Positions 1 through 10,208 of a DNA stretch of 64,000 bases are shown here, one piece after another. This DNA comes from Dehalococcoidia bacterium. Lineage in GTDB: Bacteria > Chloroflexota > Dehalococcoidia > Bin125. The position numbers and the translations under genes are program-made. How positions within the stretch are numbered: the stretch's first letter is position 1; every line of letters begins with the position of its first letter. The notes beneath the pieces are model-generated. The model searched no databases and had not been told where the DNA came from. It worked only from the letters and a program-made list of their open reading frames with translations. The stretch spans positions 462,165-526,164 of the forward strand of contig OZ253471.1 of assembly GCA_965261715.1 (NCBI GenBank). Direction: 5' to 3'.

Positions 1-1
1 A

Positions 2-1087
2 GCCGAGCGTGAAGCGGTCTTCGCCAAGTACTCCGGCGAAGAGGGCGGCATCCTCAGCGGCGACGTCCAACGCGTCGAGCCTCATCAGGTCATTGTCGAG
101 CTAAGCGACCACACCGAAACCATCATGCCGGCCCAGGAGCAGGTGCGCATGGAGCGCTACCGCACCGGTCAGCGCGTCAAGGCGATCATGGTCGAGGTCC
201 TGCGCGCCAACAAGGGACCGCAGATTGTCATTTCACGGTCGCGCCCCGATTTCGTCCGTCGCTTGTTCGAGCTTGAAGTCCCGGAAATCACGCGTGGCGT
301 GGTCGAAATCCGCGGCGTCTCTCGTGAGGCGGGACACCGCACGAAGATTGCCGTCTTTTCGCGGCAACCCGGAATCGATCCCGTCGGCAGCTGCATCGGT
401 ATGCGCGCGATGCGTATCCAGAACATCGTCAATGAACTCCACGGCGAGCGTGTGGATGTCATCCAGTGGGATCGCGACCCCCGCCTCTTCGTTGAGCATG
501 CGCTCAGCCCGGCTCAGATTCTCGCCGTTCGGATCGACCCCGAGACGAATACGGCCGAGTGCGCCGTTCCCGATATGCAGCTCAGCCTGGCGATTGGACG
601 CGAGGGCCAGAACGCGCGGCTGGCGGCGCGACTGACCGGCTTCCGCATCGATATCAAGCCGCAGACCGTGGCCGAGCGTATGCAACTTGAAGGCCGCGGA
701 CCATTCGCGCCGCAGGCCGATATTGAGATCGAGCCGGATCCGGCTCCCGAGCCCGTTCGCGCTGCTCCAGAAGTCGAGCGAGCGATTGACGCGCCGCTGG
801 CGCTGCCAGCATCGGAAGTTGCTCCGGCGCCCACGCCTCAGCCGGTTGTCGAACCAGAAGTCGTTGAAGAAGTGCCGGAACTCGAACCCGTGCTTCGGGC
901 GGTTGAACTCGCTCCCGCCGCTCGCGACGATGGGCAGATTCGATTTGCCGAGGACGTTCTGCGCCGCGAACAGGAACAACAGCAACAACGTGACCGACGC
1001 CGGCGTCGACCTCGCTACCACGAGAGCGACGAAGGCCTCGAAGAAGATCCCTACGCCGCGTACAGCGAATACGAGGAAGACCGCTAG
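2..1087 (+). CDS. nusA: Transcription termination/antitermination factor NusA (5' end outside window)
   Basis: Reading frame of ORF 125..1087 stays open to the window edge. S1/KH-type motifs are present ([56 protein letters not shown]). Classic nusA-ylxR-infB-rbfA-truB synteny. Confidence 0.9.
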   Translation, partial: AEREAVFAKYSGEEGGILSGDVQRVEPHQVIVELSDHTETIMPAQEQVRMERYRTGQRVKAIMVEVLRANKGPQIVISRSRPDFVRRLFELEVPEITRGVVEIRGVSREAGHRTKIAVFSRQPGIDPVGSCIGMRAMRIQNIVNELHGERVDVIQWDRDPRLFVEHALSPAQILAVRIDPETNTAECAVPDMQLSLAIGREGQNARLAARLTGFRIDIKPQTVAERMQLEGRGPFAPQADIEIEPDPAPEPVRAAPEVERAIDAPLALPASEVAPAPTPQPVVEPEVVEEVPELEPVLRAVELAPAARDDGQIRFAEDVLRREQEQQQQRDRRRRRPRYHESDEGLEEDPYAAYSEYEEDR

Positions 1088-1155
1088 GCCACTCGTTCGC
1101 CGCTTCCTCACCCGTCTGTCGACAACGCGGGTTCCAGCCCCGCGCAGTACGAAAG

Positions 1156-1443
1156 ATGCCGATGTCCCCTGTTTGCTCCAATGTCAGCCCCACTGATCGA
1201 CCGATCCGCCGCTGTGTGGTCTGTCGTGAGTCTGCGCCTCAGCGGGAACTGCTTCGGGTGGTGCGCCGCCCCGACGGCGTCGTCACACTCGCCGCCCGCG
1301 ACCCGGGCAGAGGCGCCTACATTCATCGCCAATCGGATTGCCTGGCCACTGCCGCGTCCACTCCCCGGTTCCTCGCGCGCGCGCTGCGGCAACCGCCGCC
1401 GGACGAAATCTTGCTTCAGATTGCCCAATCTGCACCGAACTAA
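1156..1443 (+). CDS. YlxR/RnpM (DUF448) family RNA-binding protein
   Basis: 95 aa with RRCVVCRESAPQRELLRVV and GRGAYIH motifs typical of YlxR. Located between nusA and infB. Confidence 0.8.
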   Translation: MPMSPVCSNVSPTDRPIRRCVVCRESAPQRELLRVVRRPDGVVTLAARDPGRGAYIHRQSDCLATAASTPRFLARALRQPPPDEILLQIAQSAPN

Positions 1444-1491
1444 TTCATCAACTCTCGCAACACCCGTTCAAACTCACGGCTCGGAGACCCT

Positions 1492-3351
1492 ATGACGACA
1501 CAACAAACGATTCGGCAATCCACCCCAGCGCCACAGGCAGAGGGCGGCGTCCAGATTCCCCGCACCTTGACGGTGCGAGAACTCGCCGACCTGCTCAATG
1601 AAACACCCGTCACCATCATCAAGACCCTGATGACGAACGGAATCATGGCGGATGTTTCGAAGACGCTCGACTACGGCACCGCGGCCATCGTCGCGATGGA
1701 TCGCGGCTTCGATCCCGAGGAAGCCGGCGATGTGGTCCAGGAGCAAGAGGCGCCGTCGACCATTGACATCCTCGGCGCGCCCGAAGAGGAGGACGAGGAT
1801 CCGGCCAACCTGCGACTGCGACCGCCGGTCGTGGCGGTACTCGGCCATGTTGACCATGGCAAGACGTCGCTGCTCGATCACATCCGCGACGCCAAGGTCG
1901 CAGATGGCGAAGCCGGCGGTATCACGCAACGAGTTGGCGCGTACCAGGCGAATGCCAATGACCGCTTGATCACATTTATCGACACCCCCGGCCACGCTGC
2001 GTTCACGGAAATGCGATCGCGCGGCGCGCAGGCCACCGACATCGCCATCCTGGTTGTCGCTGCCAACGACGGCGTGATGCCGCAGACCCGCGAGGCGATC
2101 AGCCACATTCACGCGGCCGGCGTTCCCTACGTCGTCGCCCTGAACAAGATGGACCTCGAGAACATCAATCCCGACCGAGTCAAGGCCGCTCTGGCCGATG
2201 TCGGCGTGCAGATCGAGGAGTACGGCGGCGATGTGCCGCTCGTATCCGTCTCCGCGACTCGCGGCGACGGCATGGACGACCTGCTTGACACCCTGCTGCT
2301 CGTGGCAGACATCGCGGAGTTCTCCGCCAACCCCGATCGCGCGGCCTCCGGCGTCGTCCTCGAGGCGGAGCTCGATCGTCGCCAGGGCCCGAAAACCACG
2401 CTGCTGGTCCAGAAAGGCACCTTGCGGCAGGGCGACCCCGTGCTTGTTGGTCAGACCTGGGGCCGAATCAAGGCGATGACGGACTTCGTTGGCAAGCGGA
2501 TCCTCGAAGCTGGGCCGTCCACACCGGTCGTCGTGCTCGGCATGCAGGATGTCGCCGAAGCCGGCGACAACTTCCGCGCTGTCGACAACGACCGTGAAGC
2601 GAAACGCATCTACGTACGCGCGCGACGCGCGCGCGAAGCGCGCGAAGCGCAGGTCCAGCACTCGGCGACCCTGGACGCGCTCTTCGGCGAGATCTCGCGC
2701 GGCAATGTGTCGGCCCTCAACCTGATCGTCAAGACCGATGTCGTGGGCTCGGTCGAGGCGCTGCGCGATTCGCTGGAGCAGCTCTCGAATGAAGAGGTCA
2801 CCGTGAAGGTGATTCACGCTGCTGCAGGACCCGTATCTGTGGCGGATGTCAACCTGGCGCTCGCCTCCGAGGGCCTGGTGATCGCCTTCAGCGCTCCCGT
2901 CGAGCCCGGCGCCGAGCGATTGGCCGACCAGGAAGGCATCGAGGTCCGCAGCTACTCCATCATCTACGACGTGATCGAAGAGGTCGAAGCGGCGATCAGC
3001 GGCCTGCTCGAGCCGATCCAGATGCAGGTCGTCGATGGCCACGCCGAGGTCCTGCAAATCTTCCCCATTCGTGGGCTGGGCAACATCGCCGGTTGCCGTT
3101 CGCTCGACGGATCGATTCGCACCGACGCCCAGGTGCACGTGTACCGCAACGGCGAGCAGATCGCCGAGTCCACAATCTCCGGCTTGCGACGCTTTCAGGA
3201 TGTCGTTCAGGAAGTCGACGCCGGACAGGAATTCGGTGTGGCGCTGGCGCGCTACGAGAAGTTCCAGTCGGGTGATCAGCTGGAGTTCTTCCACATCGAA
3301 ACGCAGTCGCGGATCGTCCAGGGCGGCGAAATCCGCAACGTAACTCGGTAG
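1492..3351 (+). CDS. infB: Translation initiation factor IF-2 (short form, 619 aa)
   Basis: GTPase motifs [17 protein letters not shown] and NKMD. C-terminal IF-2 domains are present and synteny fits. Confidence 0.95.
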   Translation: MTTQQTIRQSTPAPQAEGGVQIPRTLTVRELADLLNETPVTIIKTLMTNGIMADVSKTLDYGTAAIVAMDRGFDPEEAGDVVQEQEAPSTIDILGAPEEEDEDPANLRLRPPVVAVLGHVDHGKTSLLDHIRDAKVADGEAGGITQRVGAYQANANDRLITFIDTPGHAAFTEMRSRGAQATDIAILVVAANDGVMPQTREAISHIHAAGVPYVVALNKMDLENINPDRVKAALADVGVQIEEYGGDVPLVSVSATRGDGMDDLLDTLLLVADIAEFSANPDRAASGVVLEAELDRRQGPKTTLLVQKGTLRQGDPVLVGQTWGRIKAMTDFVGKRILEAGPSTPVVVLGMQDVAEAGDNFRAVDNDREAKRIYVRARRAREAREAQVQHSATLDALFGEISRGNVSALNLIVKTDVVGSVEALRDSLEQLSNEEVTVKVIHAAAGPVSVADVNLALASEGLVIAFSAPVEPGAERLADQEGIEVRSYSIIYDVIEEVEAAISGLLEPIQMQVVDGHAEVLQIFPIRGLGNIAGCRSLDGSIRTDAQVHVYRNGEQIAESTISGLRRFQDVVQEVDAGQEFGVALARYEKFQSGDQLEFFHIETQSRIVQGGEIRNVTR

Positions 3352-3365
3352 GTGTGACTCCGACC

Positions 3366-3782
3366 ATGGCACGTAGCAATCGACCCTATGCCGCCACCCG
3401 AGACGGCGGTGGCGTTGACCGCATGGAACGCGTCAACGACCTGCTCCGCGACACGATCGCAGAGGTCGTGTCACGCGAACTCAAGGATCCGCGACTTGAC
3501 ATCGCGTTGCTCAGCGTGACCGAGGTCCAGGCCTCGCGTGACCTGCGCCACGCGACGGTGAGAGTGTCGGCGATGTCGTCGCCCAACACGACCCAACAGG
3601 AACAGGCGGAGGAGGCGGTAGCCGCGGTCGACGCATTGACTCGGGCGGCGCCCTACATTCACCGGACGATTCGGCGTCGGCTGCACATGAAGCGGGTGCC
3701 GTGGCCCACATTCGAACTCGACCTGCGCATTGCGGGCGCTGCCGAAGTCCAGGAGCGCATCCGCATGCTGGGCGTGTCATGA
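3366..3782 (+). CDS. rbfA: Ribosome-binding factor A
   Basis: RVNDLLRDTIAEVVSRELKDPRLD motif. The ORF track starts at GTG 3354. ATG 3366 or ATG 3423 are alternative starts, so the start is uncertain. The stop overlaps the truB start (ATGA at 3779-3782). Confidence 0.85.
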   Translation: MARSNRPYAATRDGGGVDRMERVNDLLRDTIAEVVSRELKDPRLDIALLSVTEVQASRDLRHATVRVSAMSSPNTTQQEQAEEAVAAVDALTRAAPYIHRTIRRRLHMKRVPWPTFELDLRIAGAAEVQERIRMLGVS

Positions 3783-4696
3783 CCCGCCGTCGCCGAGAAC
3801 GCCACCACCCCGGCGCCGTCTTCCTGGTCGACAAGCCAACCGGTCCGACATCGCACGACATCGTGCGCGATGTCCGCCGCTGGACCGGCCTGCGCCGGGT
3901 CGGCCACGGAGGCACGCTCGATCCATTGGCCAGTGGACTGCTGCCGATCTTCGTCGGCGCCGCCACCCGCCTGAACGAATATCTATCGCCTTACCGCAAG
4001 TCTTACGAGGCGACAATTCTGCTCGGCCAGGCGACCGACACCGATGACAGCGAAGGTCAGGTCATCGCCGAGGCTGAAGTCCCTGCGTTGAGCCCCCAAC
4101 AGATCGATGAAACGCTCGCTCAATTTCGCGGCGAGATCCAGCAGGTGCCACCGCAATACAGCGCGATCAAACGCGCCGGCGTCGCCGCTTACCGCTCGGC
4201 ACGCGCCGGCGAGCACGTGGACATCGATCCACGAGCAGTCACCGTGCACGAGCTCTCAGCCACCGCCGTCGAACTGCCGTTCGTCAGTTTGACGATGTCG
4301 GTCAGTACCGGCACATATGTGAGAGCGATTGCGCGTGATCTCGGGGAGGCGCTCGGCTGCGGCGCTCACGTCACCGAGATGCGACGCATCGCCATCGGCA
4401 ATCAGACGGCAGCAGATGGCCACACTCCGGAAGAGCTTCAGGCCGCAGCAGATGAAGACAACGTCTGGTCATTGTCCATTTCGCCCGCCGACCTGTTCCC
4501 CGACTGGCCGCACTTCCGCCTACACGGGGAACAGCTCCAGCGAATCAAGCGAGGACAGGCAATCAGGCACGCTTCGGTCGACGGTTGGGACAAGGCGCTC
4601 GCAATCAACGCTGAGAATCACGTCACCGCCGTCCTCCGCCGGGACGAGTTCAGCACAGCCACCTGGCAGCCGGAGAAGGTCCTCGCGGCGGGATAG
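3779..4696 (+). CDS. truB: tRNA pseudouridine(55) synthase TruB
   Basis: VFLVDKPTGPTSHDIV and GHGGTLDPLASGLLPIFVG (catalytic Asp motif). ATG 3779 overlaps the rbfA stop. The upstream part of track ORF 3701.. is regarded as an extension. Confidence 0.9.
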   Translation: MTRRRRERHHPGAVFLVDKPTGPTSHDIVRDVRRWTGLRRVGHGGTLDPLASGLLPIFVGAATRLNEYLSPYRKSYEATILLGQATDTDDSEGQVIAEAEVPALSPQQIDETLAQFRGEIQQVPPQYSAIKRAGVAAYRSARAGEHVDIDPRAVTVHELSATAVELPFVSLTMSVSTGTYVRAIARDLGEALGCGAHVTEMRRIAIGNQTAADGHTPEELQAAADEDNVWSLSISPADLFPDWPHFRLHGEQLQRIKRGQAIRHASVDGWDKALAINAENHVTAVLRRDEFSTATWQPEKVLAAG

Positions 4697-4719
4697 GTCA
4701 CCGGAACACACTGAGTTTC

Positions 4720-4870
4720 GTCATTCCCGCGCTCCGTCGCGGGAATCTCGCCGAACCCCGCACCGATGATCGAGCCCGAGCAAGCCCGCCTGATTCGATC
4801 ACTCATCCGGCTCGTTACCTTCGTGCCAAGCACATCGAGATACCCGCGGCAGAGCGCGGGTATGGCGGAG
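4720..4870. repeat. Family A bipartite palindromic intergenic repeat, copy 1
   Basis: Hairpin 1 is gtcattCCCGCGctccgtCGCGGGaatctcgccga. Hairpin 2 is gagatACCCGCGgcagagCGCGGGTatggcggag. The same two modules recur at 21669..21825 and 32221..32324. Confidence 0.8.
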
Positions 4871-4899
4871 GTAACGGTCAGGCAGGATTCTGAGTCGGG

Positions 4900-5184
4900 C
4901 TAGGTGGCCGTCGGCATGGAGAACAGCAGCGCCAGCGAGTCCGTCTCTGCGATCAGCGAGTATGGGGCGTTCGCCTCGAGCAGCACGCCTTCGCCGGCTT
5001 TGAGCGTGGCGTTGTCGTCGAGCGTGCCGATGGCGATCTCACCCTCCGCGACGATTAGCGCCGTGGGACCAGTGGTCTCGCGATTGAGCGCTCGTTGACC
5101 GGCGGGCAGGCGGATCGCCTCCGAGGCGAGGCTTGAGGCACTTGGGCTGAATGCGCCGCCCACGCTGGCGGTGATGCGACGCAA
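4900..5184 (-). CDS. Small cupin-like beta-barrel protein (His-free), function unknown
   Basis: 94 aa with a pattern resembling a single cupin barrel (ALIVAEGEIAIG...KAGEGVLLEANAPYSL). Starts 8 nt downstream of the ACP stop on the same strand. Recognised by eye only. Confidence 0.4.
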   Translation of the reverse strand: MRRITASVGGAFSPSASSLASEAIRLPAGQRALNRETTGPTALIVAEGEIAIGTLDDNATLKAGEGVLLEANAPYSLIAETDSLALLFSMPTAT

Positions 5185-5192
5185 GGTTATCG

Positions 5193-5456
5193 CTATGCGA
5201 TCCCGGCATTTGTGAGGTAGTCGAGCAGGTCCTGCACCGTCCGGATCTCAGCCGCGGCTTCCTCGGGAATCTCGAGCTGGTTGTCGTCCGTCGAGAACTC
5301 TTCCTCCACCGCAATGGTGAGGTCGACAATGTCGAGCGAATCTGCGTCGAGGTCGTCGATCAGGTGCGCTTCAGCCGTGACCTGGTCAAGCGGCTGGCGT
5401 AGTTGGTCGGCAACGAGCTGGAGGAGTCGGGATTGCAGGCTGTTGTCGTTGGACAT
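5193..5456 (-). CDS. Acyl carrier protein
   Basis: 87 aa with the phosphopantetheine attachment context DDLDADSLDIVDL. Confidence 0.85.
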   Translation of the reverse strand: MSNDNSLQSRLLQLVADQLRQPLDQVTAEAHLIDDLDADSLDIVDLTIAVEEEFSTDDNQLEIPEEAAAEIRTVQDLLDYLTNAGIA

Positions 5457-5525
5457 ATGGCGGCTCCCATCTAGCTAATCGGTGGGCTGTCAGATGTCTG
5501 CCGGATGTTGGGGAGAGGGTAGCGG

Positions 5526-6800
5526 TCAGTTGTCGATCCGCGAGAGTGCCACGACACCGTTCTGTCCGCCAAAGCCAAAGCCATTGACCAGCGCCGCCGA
5601 CAATTCACAATCGCGCGCTTCATTGGGGACATAATCGAGGTCGCACTCTGGATCGGGCGTCTCATGATTGATCGTCGGCGGCAGCACGCCGTGGTACAGC
5701 GCGAGCGCCGTCGCGGCGCCGGAGAGCGCTCCGGCTGCACCCATCAGGTGCCCGGTCATCGACTTCACCGACGATACCGCCAGATGGTCGGCGTGAGCGC
5801 CGAAGACGGTCCGGATCGCCCGCGTCTCGACGGCGTCATTGAGCGGGGTCGACGTGCCGTGAGCGCAGATGTAGCCGATTTCCTCTGGATTTAGCCCCGA
5901 GTTGCGCAGCGCCGTCGCCATTGCGCGCGCCGCGCCGGCGCCGGCAGGATCGGGAGCGGTGATGTGATAGGCGTCGGCAGTGCGGCCGCCGCCGAGCACT
6001 TCGGCGTAGATCCGAGCATCGCGCGCCCGAGCGCTGGCCAGCGATTCCGTGACACAGACGACGGCGCCCTCGCCAAAGACAAAGCCGTCACGGTCGCGGT
6101 CGAAGGGACGAGAGGCAGCCTCAGGGTCATCATTGCGACGCGACAGCGCCTGCATGTTGGCCAGGCCGGAAATTCCCAGCACCGAGACATTGGATTCCGT
6201 CCCGCCGGAGAGCGCGAGATCGGCCTCGCCGCCCAGCAGCAGTTGTCGGCTGTCGATGAACGCGTAGATGCTCGCGGCGCAGGCGGCGAGCGAGGTCAAC
6301 GCGGGACCGCGGAGTCCGAGTTCAATCGAGACCTGGCAGGATGCCATGTTGCCCGCCATCATCGGCACGAACATCGCCGAGACCCGACTGGGTCCCTTGC
6401 TGTTGAGTACTTCCGTCTGTTGTGAAATCGTCGTCACGCCGCCGCCGCCGGTGTTGATCACCGCTGCAACGCGCTCAGGATCATGCGCCTCGAGGTCGAG
6501 CCCGGCGTCTTCCACAGCCAGTCGAGCAGCAGCGACGCCCAGCTGAGCAAACCGCGCCATGCGCCGGGCCGACTTGCTCTGCATGTAATCGGACGGCTCG
6601 AATTCGGGAATATCGGCTGCAATATGCACCTTGAGGCCGGCATCAACCAGCTCGGGCACTCGACGAGCTCCGGAGCGCCCAAGTGTCAGCGAGTCCCAGA
6701 AGGCGTCAACGCCCACCCCAATCGGCGTGACCGGACCGATACCGGTGATCACGATCCGCTCCTCCGGTGGACGTTCTGAAGATCGAATTTGCCCACTCAC
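5526..6800 (-). CDS. Beta-ketoacyl-ACP synthase II-like (KAS-2)
   Basis: Thiolase-fold KAS with LAACAAS (Cys), AHGTSTPLND (His) and MTGHLMGAAG (His). The GTG start overlaps the KAS-1 stop (GTGA at 6797-6800). Confidence 0.9.
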   Translation of the reverse strand: MSGQIRSSERPPEERIVITGIGPVTPIGVGVDAFWDSLTLGRSGARRVPELVDAGLKVHIAADIPEFEPSDYMQSKSARRMARFAQLGVAAARLAVEDAGLDLEAHDPERVAAVINTGGGGVTTISQQTEVLNSKGPSRVSAMFVPMMAGNMASCQVSIELGLRGPALTSLAACAASIYAFIDSRQLLLGGEADLALSGGTESNVSVLGISGLANMQALSRRNDDPEAASRPFDRDRDGFVFGEGAVVCVTESLASARARDARIYAEVLGGGRTADAYHITAPDPAGAGAARAMATALRNSGLNPEEIGYICAHGTSTPLNDAVETRAIRTVFGAHADHLAVSSVKSMTGHLMGAAGALSGAATALALYHGVLPPTINHETPDPECDLDYVPNEARDCELSAALVNGFGFGGQNGVVALSRIDN

Positions 6801-8068
6801 TCGTTAAAACGCCTCAATAGAACGGCTGCGTTGTGTCCGCCCAAGCCTACGGAAAACGAGAGCGCGGCTTCAACACTGAGCTCGCGTGCCTCATTGGGAA
6901 TCACATCGATGTCGAGTTCGGGATCGGGCGTCTCGTAGTTCAAGGTCGCTGGCGCGACGCCCTCTTTGATCACCATCGCCGAGACGATCACTTCCAATGC
7001 GCCCGAAGCGCCCATCATGTGGCCGGTGGCCGGCTTGATTGAGGAAAGCGACAGGTGGTCCGCATGCGCTCCGAACATACGCTTGATCGCCGTCACCTCG
7101 ACCAGATCTCCCAGCTTGGTGGCTGTCCCATGCGTCGAAACATAGCCGACGCTCTCCGGATCGATCTGCGCTTCATTCATCGCTTGCTGAACGCTGACCA
7201 TCAGGCCCCGTCCGTGTGGTTCCGGTTGGGCAATGTCATGGGAATCGTTCGCCGATCCGCCGCCGACCACTTCTGCATAGATCGTAGCGCCGCGTTCCAG
7301 CGCGTGATCGAGATCCTCGATCATCATCGCTGCCGCGCCCTCGCCGGGAACGAACCCATTGCGGTGCAGGTCGTATGGGGCGCTTGAGGCAGAGAGCGGC
7401 TCGGCTGGAGTCGCGAGCACCCCCATGCGTTCAAAGCAGATGTGGAATAACGGCAGGATGATCGCTTCCGAGCCACCAACGATCAGGGCGTCTGCGCGTC
7501 CTGCCTTGATATGCAGCATGCCATCGGCGACGGCATTGGCGCCGGTCGCGCAGGCGGAGGTCGGCGAATAGTTCGGGCCGGTCGCTCCAGTGGCGATTGA
7601 GAGATGGCCGGACGCTGCGTCGGCAATCAGGTTGGGCATCGCGAACGGCGAGACGCGCCGCGCGCCGCGCTTGACCAACGTGTCCTGCCAGCGCGTCACC
7701 AACTCCATCCCACCGCCGCCGGAACCGAAGATGATCCCGACCCGGTGTTGGTTGTCCTCGTTGATCTCCAGCCCCGAGTCAGCCAGGGCCTCAAGTCCGG
7801 CCGACATGCCGTATTGGGTATTCAGGTCCATATGACGCAGCGCCTTGACATCGGGCAGGACGGACTCCGGGTCGAAGTCCCGCACTTCCGCCGCGATTGG
7901 CATCTTGACGCCCCACGCATCGGGGTCGAATCGCTGGATCCGACCGACGCCGCTCTGACCGTCGAGCAGGTTGCGCCACGTCGATGGCATGTCATTGCCG
8001 ACAGGTGTGACGGCTCCAACGCCGGTGATCACGACACGGCGTGGAGATGTGGACGAGTTGGAAGCCAC
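6797..8068 (-). CDS. Beta-ketoacyl-ACP synthase II-like (KAS-1)
   Basis: RRVVITGVGAVTPVG, TSACATG (Cys), THGTATKLGD and ATGHMMGASG. Start reassigned to GTG 8068, which overlaps the fabD TAG stop. The track ORF extends to 8800, but that part overlaps fabD. Confidence 0.9.
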   Translation of the reverse strand: MASNSSTSPRRVVITGVGAVTPVGNDMPSTWRNLLDGQSGVGRIQRFDPDAWGVKMPIAAEVRDFDPESVLPDVKALRHMDLNTQYGMSAGLEALADSGLEINEDNQHRVGIIFGSGGGGMELVTRWQDTLVKRGARRVSPFAMPNLIADAASGHLSIATGATGPNYSPTSACATGANAVADGMLHIKAGRADALIVGGSEAIILPLFHICFERMGVLATPAEPLSASSAPYDLHRNGFVPGEGAAAMMIEDLDHALERGATIYAEVVGGGSANDSHDIAQPEPHGRGLMVSVQQAMNEAQIDPESVGYVSTHGTATKLGDLVEVTAIKRMFGAHADHLSLSSIKPATGHMMGASGALEVIVSAMVIKEGVAPATLNYETPDPELDIDVIPNEARELSVEAALSFSVGLGGHNAAVLLRRFNE

Positions 8069-9108
8069 TACTTGGGGATCCCGTCGCTCTTGTCCGGGTA
8101 ATCGCGCTGCGACAGACCGTTGTCGTCGTCGGACAGCGGGAAGGTCCAGGATGTGCGTGAGATCCGCCGAACCAGCTTGGAGAGCACATCGCCCGGGCCG
8201 GCTTCGACAAACAGGGTCGAGCCCTGGGCCGCCATCGTCTTGACGGCCTGCTGCCACTGCACGGGCGCCGTCAGCGCTCCCGATAACTCCTGCGCGAGCT
8301 GATCCTTCGTGTGCATAATTCCGCCGCTGATGTTGCTGACGACCGGCACCACCGGGTCGCGCCATGGGATCGCGTGGACGGCCTCGGAGAAGTGTGCCTG
8401 CGCCTCCGCCATCAACGGCGAGTGTGAGGCGATCGAAATCGGCAAGCGGACCACGCGACGCGCGCCATGTTCGTCGGCCAGACGCATGATCTTGCGCAGC
8501 GGCGCTTCGTCGCCAGAGACGACCGTTTGCCCGGGGCAGTTGTCGTTCGCCACGACCAGCGTGCCTTCTTGGCCGGCTTCGCCAATCAGGCGTCGCAGGA
8601 CACGGTCTTTCATGCCGATGATTGACGCCATGCCGCCGGGCCGAAGGCTGTCGGCGGCGTGCATCACTTCCGCGCGGCGTCGAACGAGTTGCAGCGCCTC
8701 GTCGAAGTCGACCGCCCGGGCGGCCAACATCGCCGTGATCTGCCCCATGCTGTGTCCGGACACGACTTTCGGTGACAGTGTCCGGCCAGCCGCTTCCCAC
8801 TTGTCGCGCAAGGCCTCAAGCCATGCGACAGAGGCGACAAAGATCGCCGGTTGCGAATGGGTGGTTTCGTTTAGCTGCTCAGTGGGACCGTGTTCGATCA
8901 GATGGAGCAGGTCGTAGTCCAGGACTTCGTTGGCGCGCTCGAACCACTGCTGGGCATTGGGGTAGACGCGCAGCACTTTGCCGGCCATGCCGACCGACTG
9001 CGATCCCTGCCCGGGGAAGAGCAGGGCGTACTCGTCGTCCGTGAGCGCCGGGTATTCGCCGCTTGGCGGATCATCGGCGGCTTCTTCTGGTTCGGTGAGC
9101 GTTTCCAT
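8068..9108 (-). CDS. fabD: Malonyl-CoA:ACP transacylase
   Basis: LFPGQGSQSVGM and the GHSMGQ active-site serine motif. Confidence 0.9.
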   Translation of the reverse strand: METLTEPEEAADDPPSGEYPALTDDEYALLFPGQGSQSVGMAGKVLRVYPNAQQWFERANEVLDYDLLHLIEHGPTEQLNETTHSQPAIFVASVAWLEALRDKWEAAGRTLSPKVVSGHSMGQITAMLAARAVDFDEALQLVRRRAEVMHAADSLRPGGMASIIGMKDRVLRRLIGEAGQEGTLVVANDNCPGQTVVSGDEAPLRKIMRLADEHGARRVVRLPISIASHSPLMAEAQAHFSEAVHAIPWRDPVVPVVSNISGGIMHTKDQLAQELSGALTAPVQWQQAVKTMAAQGSTLFVEAGPGDVLSKLVRRISRTSWTFPLSDDDNGLSQRDYPDKSDGIPK

Positions 9109-9285
9109 CTCGGCTCCTGCCGTCCGGCGTCATCGTGCCTGTGACGCGGCGTCGGACGTGTGATGTCTAATTCTACTGACTCTCAGGTCTTTCATGGCGC
9201 TGCAACGGCAAAGCTGTGCGGATCAGCGAACAGTATGGCTAACAGAAGCAGTTGATCGGGCCAAACACTCCTCCGCCTGTCGCGA

Positions 9286-10050
9286 TCAGCCCATCACCAT
9301 GCCGCCGTCGACATGGATGATCTGCCCGGTGATGTAGGCCCCGCCCGGTCCGGCCAGAAACGCGACCAGCGGCGCCACGTCCGAGGGTTCGCCGAGGCGT
9401 TCCAACGGAATCCGTTGCATCACGCTGCCGATCACGTCTGCCGAGAGATCGGCGGTGATGTCGGTCTGGATGAACCCTGGCGCAACGAGGTTGGCCGTGA
9501 TCCCTCGTGAACCAAGTTCATGCGCCAGCGAACGGGTCAAGCCGGCCAGTCCGGCCTTGGCCGCGGCGTAATTCGCCTGGCCGGCATTGCCGACCGTGCC
9601 GATCACCGAGCCAATCGTGATGATCCGGCCCTTGCGCGCGCGCAGCATCCCGCGCAGCACGGACTGCGTGGTCAGAAACGAGCCGGTCAGGTTCGTCCCG
9701 ACGACCGCGTCCCAATCGGCCGACTTCATCCGCATCGCAAGCATGTCGCGGGTGATGCCGGCGTTGTTGATCAGAATGGTCGGCGCGCCCAACTCGCTCG
9801 TGACCGCTTTGGTCATCGCCGAGACCGCATCTCCGTCGGAGATATCAGCCTGCACGACGAGCGCCTGCCGGCCCAGTTCGCGAATCTGCTCAGCCACCTC
9901 ATGTGCTGCATCGGACGAGGCGGTGTAGTTCACACCGACATCCGCGCCGTGCGAGGCCAACTCCAGGGCAATCGCTCGACCAATCCCACGCGACGCCCCG
10001 GTCACCAGGGCGACCTCACCAGATAACGGGAGTGCTTCGGAGTCAACCAT
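9286..10050 (-). CDS. fabG: 3-oxoacyl-ACP reductase (SDR)
   Basis: VALVTGASRGIGRAIA, NNAG and YAAAKAG motifs. ATG at 10050 gives 254 aa. The upstream track extension to 10269 is not credited. Confidence 0.85.
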   Translation of the reverse strand: MVDSEALPLSGEVALVTGASRGIGRAIALELASHGADVGVNYTASSDAAHEVAEQIRELGRQALVVQADISDGDAVSAMTKAVTSELGAPTILINNAGITRDMLAMRMKSADWDAVVGTNLTGSFLTTQSVLRGMLRARKGRIITIGSVIGTVGNAGQANYAAAKAGLAGLTRSLAHELGSRGITANLVAPGFIQTDITADLSADVIGSVMQRIPLERLGEPSDVAPLVAFLAGPGGAYITGQIIHVDGGMVMG

Positions 10051-10208
10051 TAGGTCGAGGTTATCACCGATCCCGGATTCAAATTCATACGTTCGTAACA
10101 AGCATGCAGCGCCGCTCCGCGACACTGCGCAGACTGGTTCCGCGGAACAATCGGGTTTCGGTTGCGTTACTCTTCTTACGTCAACCGCGCCCGGAGGGGA
10201 AATAGCGT

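Noticed and set aside
1474-3372. 632-aa ORF antisense to infB. Similar long antisense ORFs include 233..1111, 13396..14391, 26644..27507, 28382..29632, 30944..31783, 32827..33525, 33854..34609 and 63414..63878.
   Set aside because: Each lies wholly opposite a gene with strong family motifs. Their composition is Arg/Gly/Asp/His-rich and low-complexity, typical of shadow ORFs in high-GC DNA. No recognisable motifs.
8069-8800. N-terminal 244-aa extension of the KAS-1 track ORF (6797..8800)
   Set aside because: It overlaps the well-supported fabD gene in another frame and is Arg/Gly/Pro-rich junk. A GTG at 8068 sits exactly on the fabD stop and gives a normal-length KAS.
10051-10208. Possible nitrogen-regulator (NtcA/GlnR-type) operator upstream of amtB, from GTAAC...GTTAC-like strings
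   Set aside because: The half-sites and spacing do not match any consensus I can state with confidence, so the sequence alone does not support a call.
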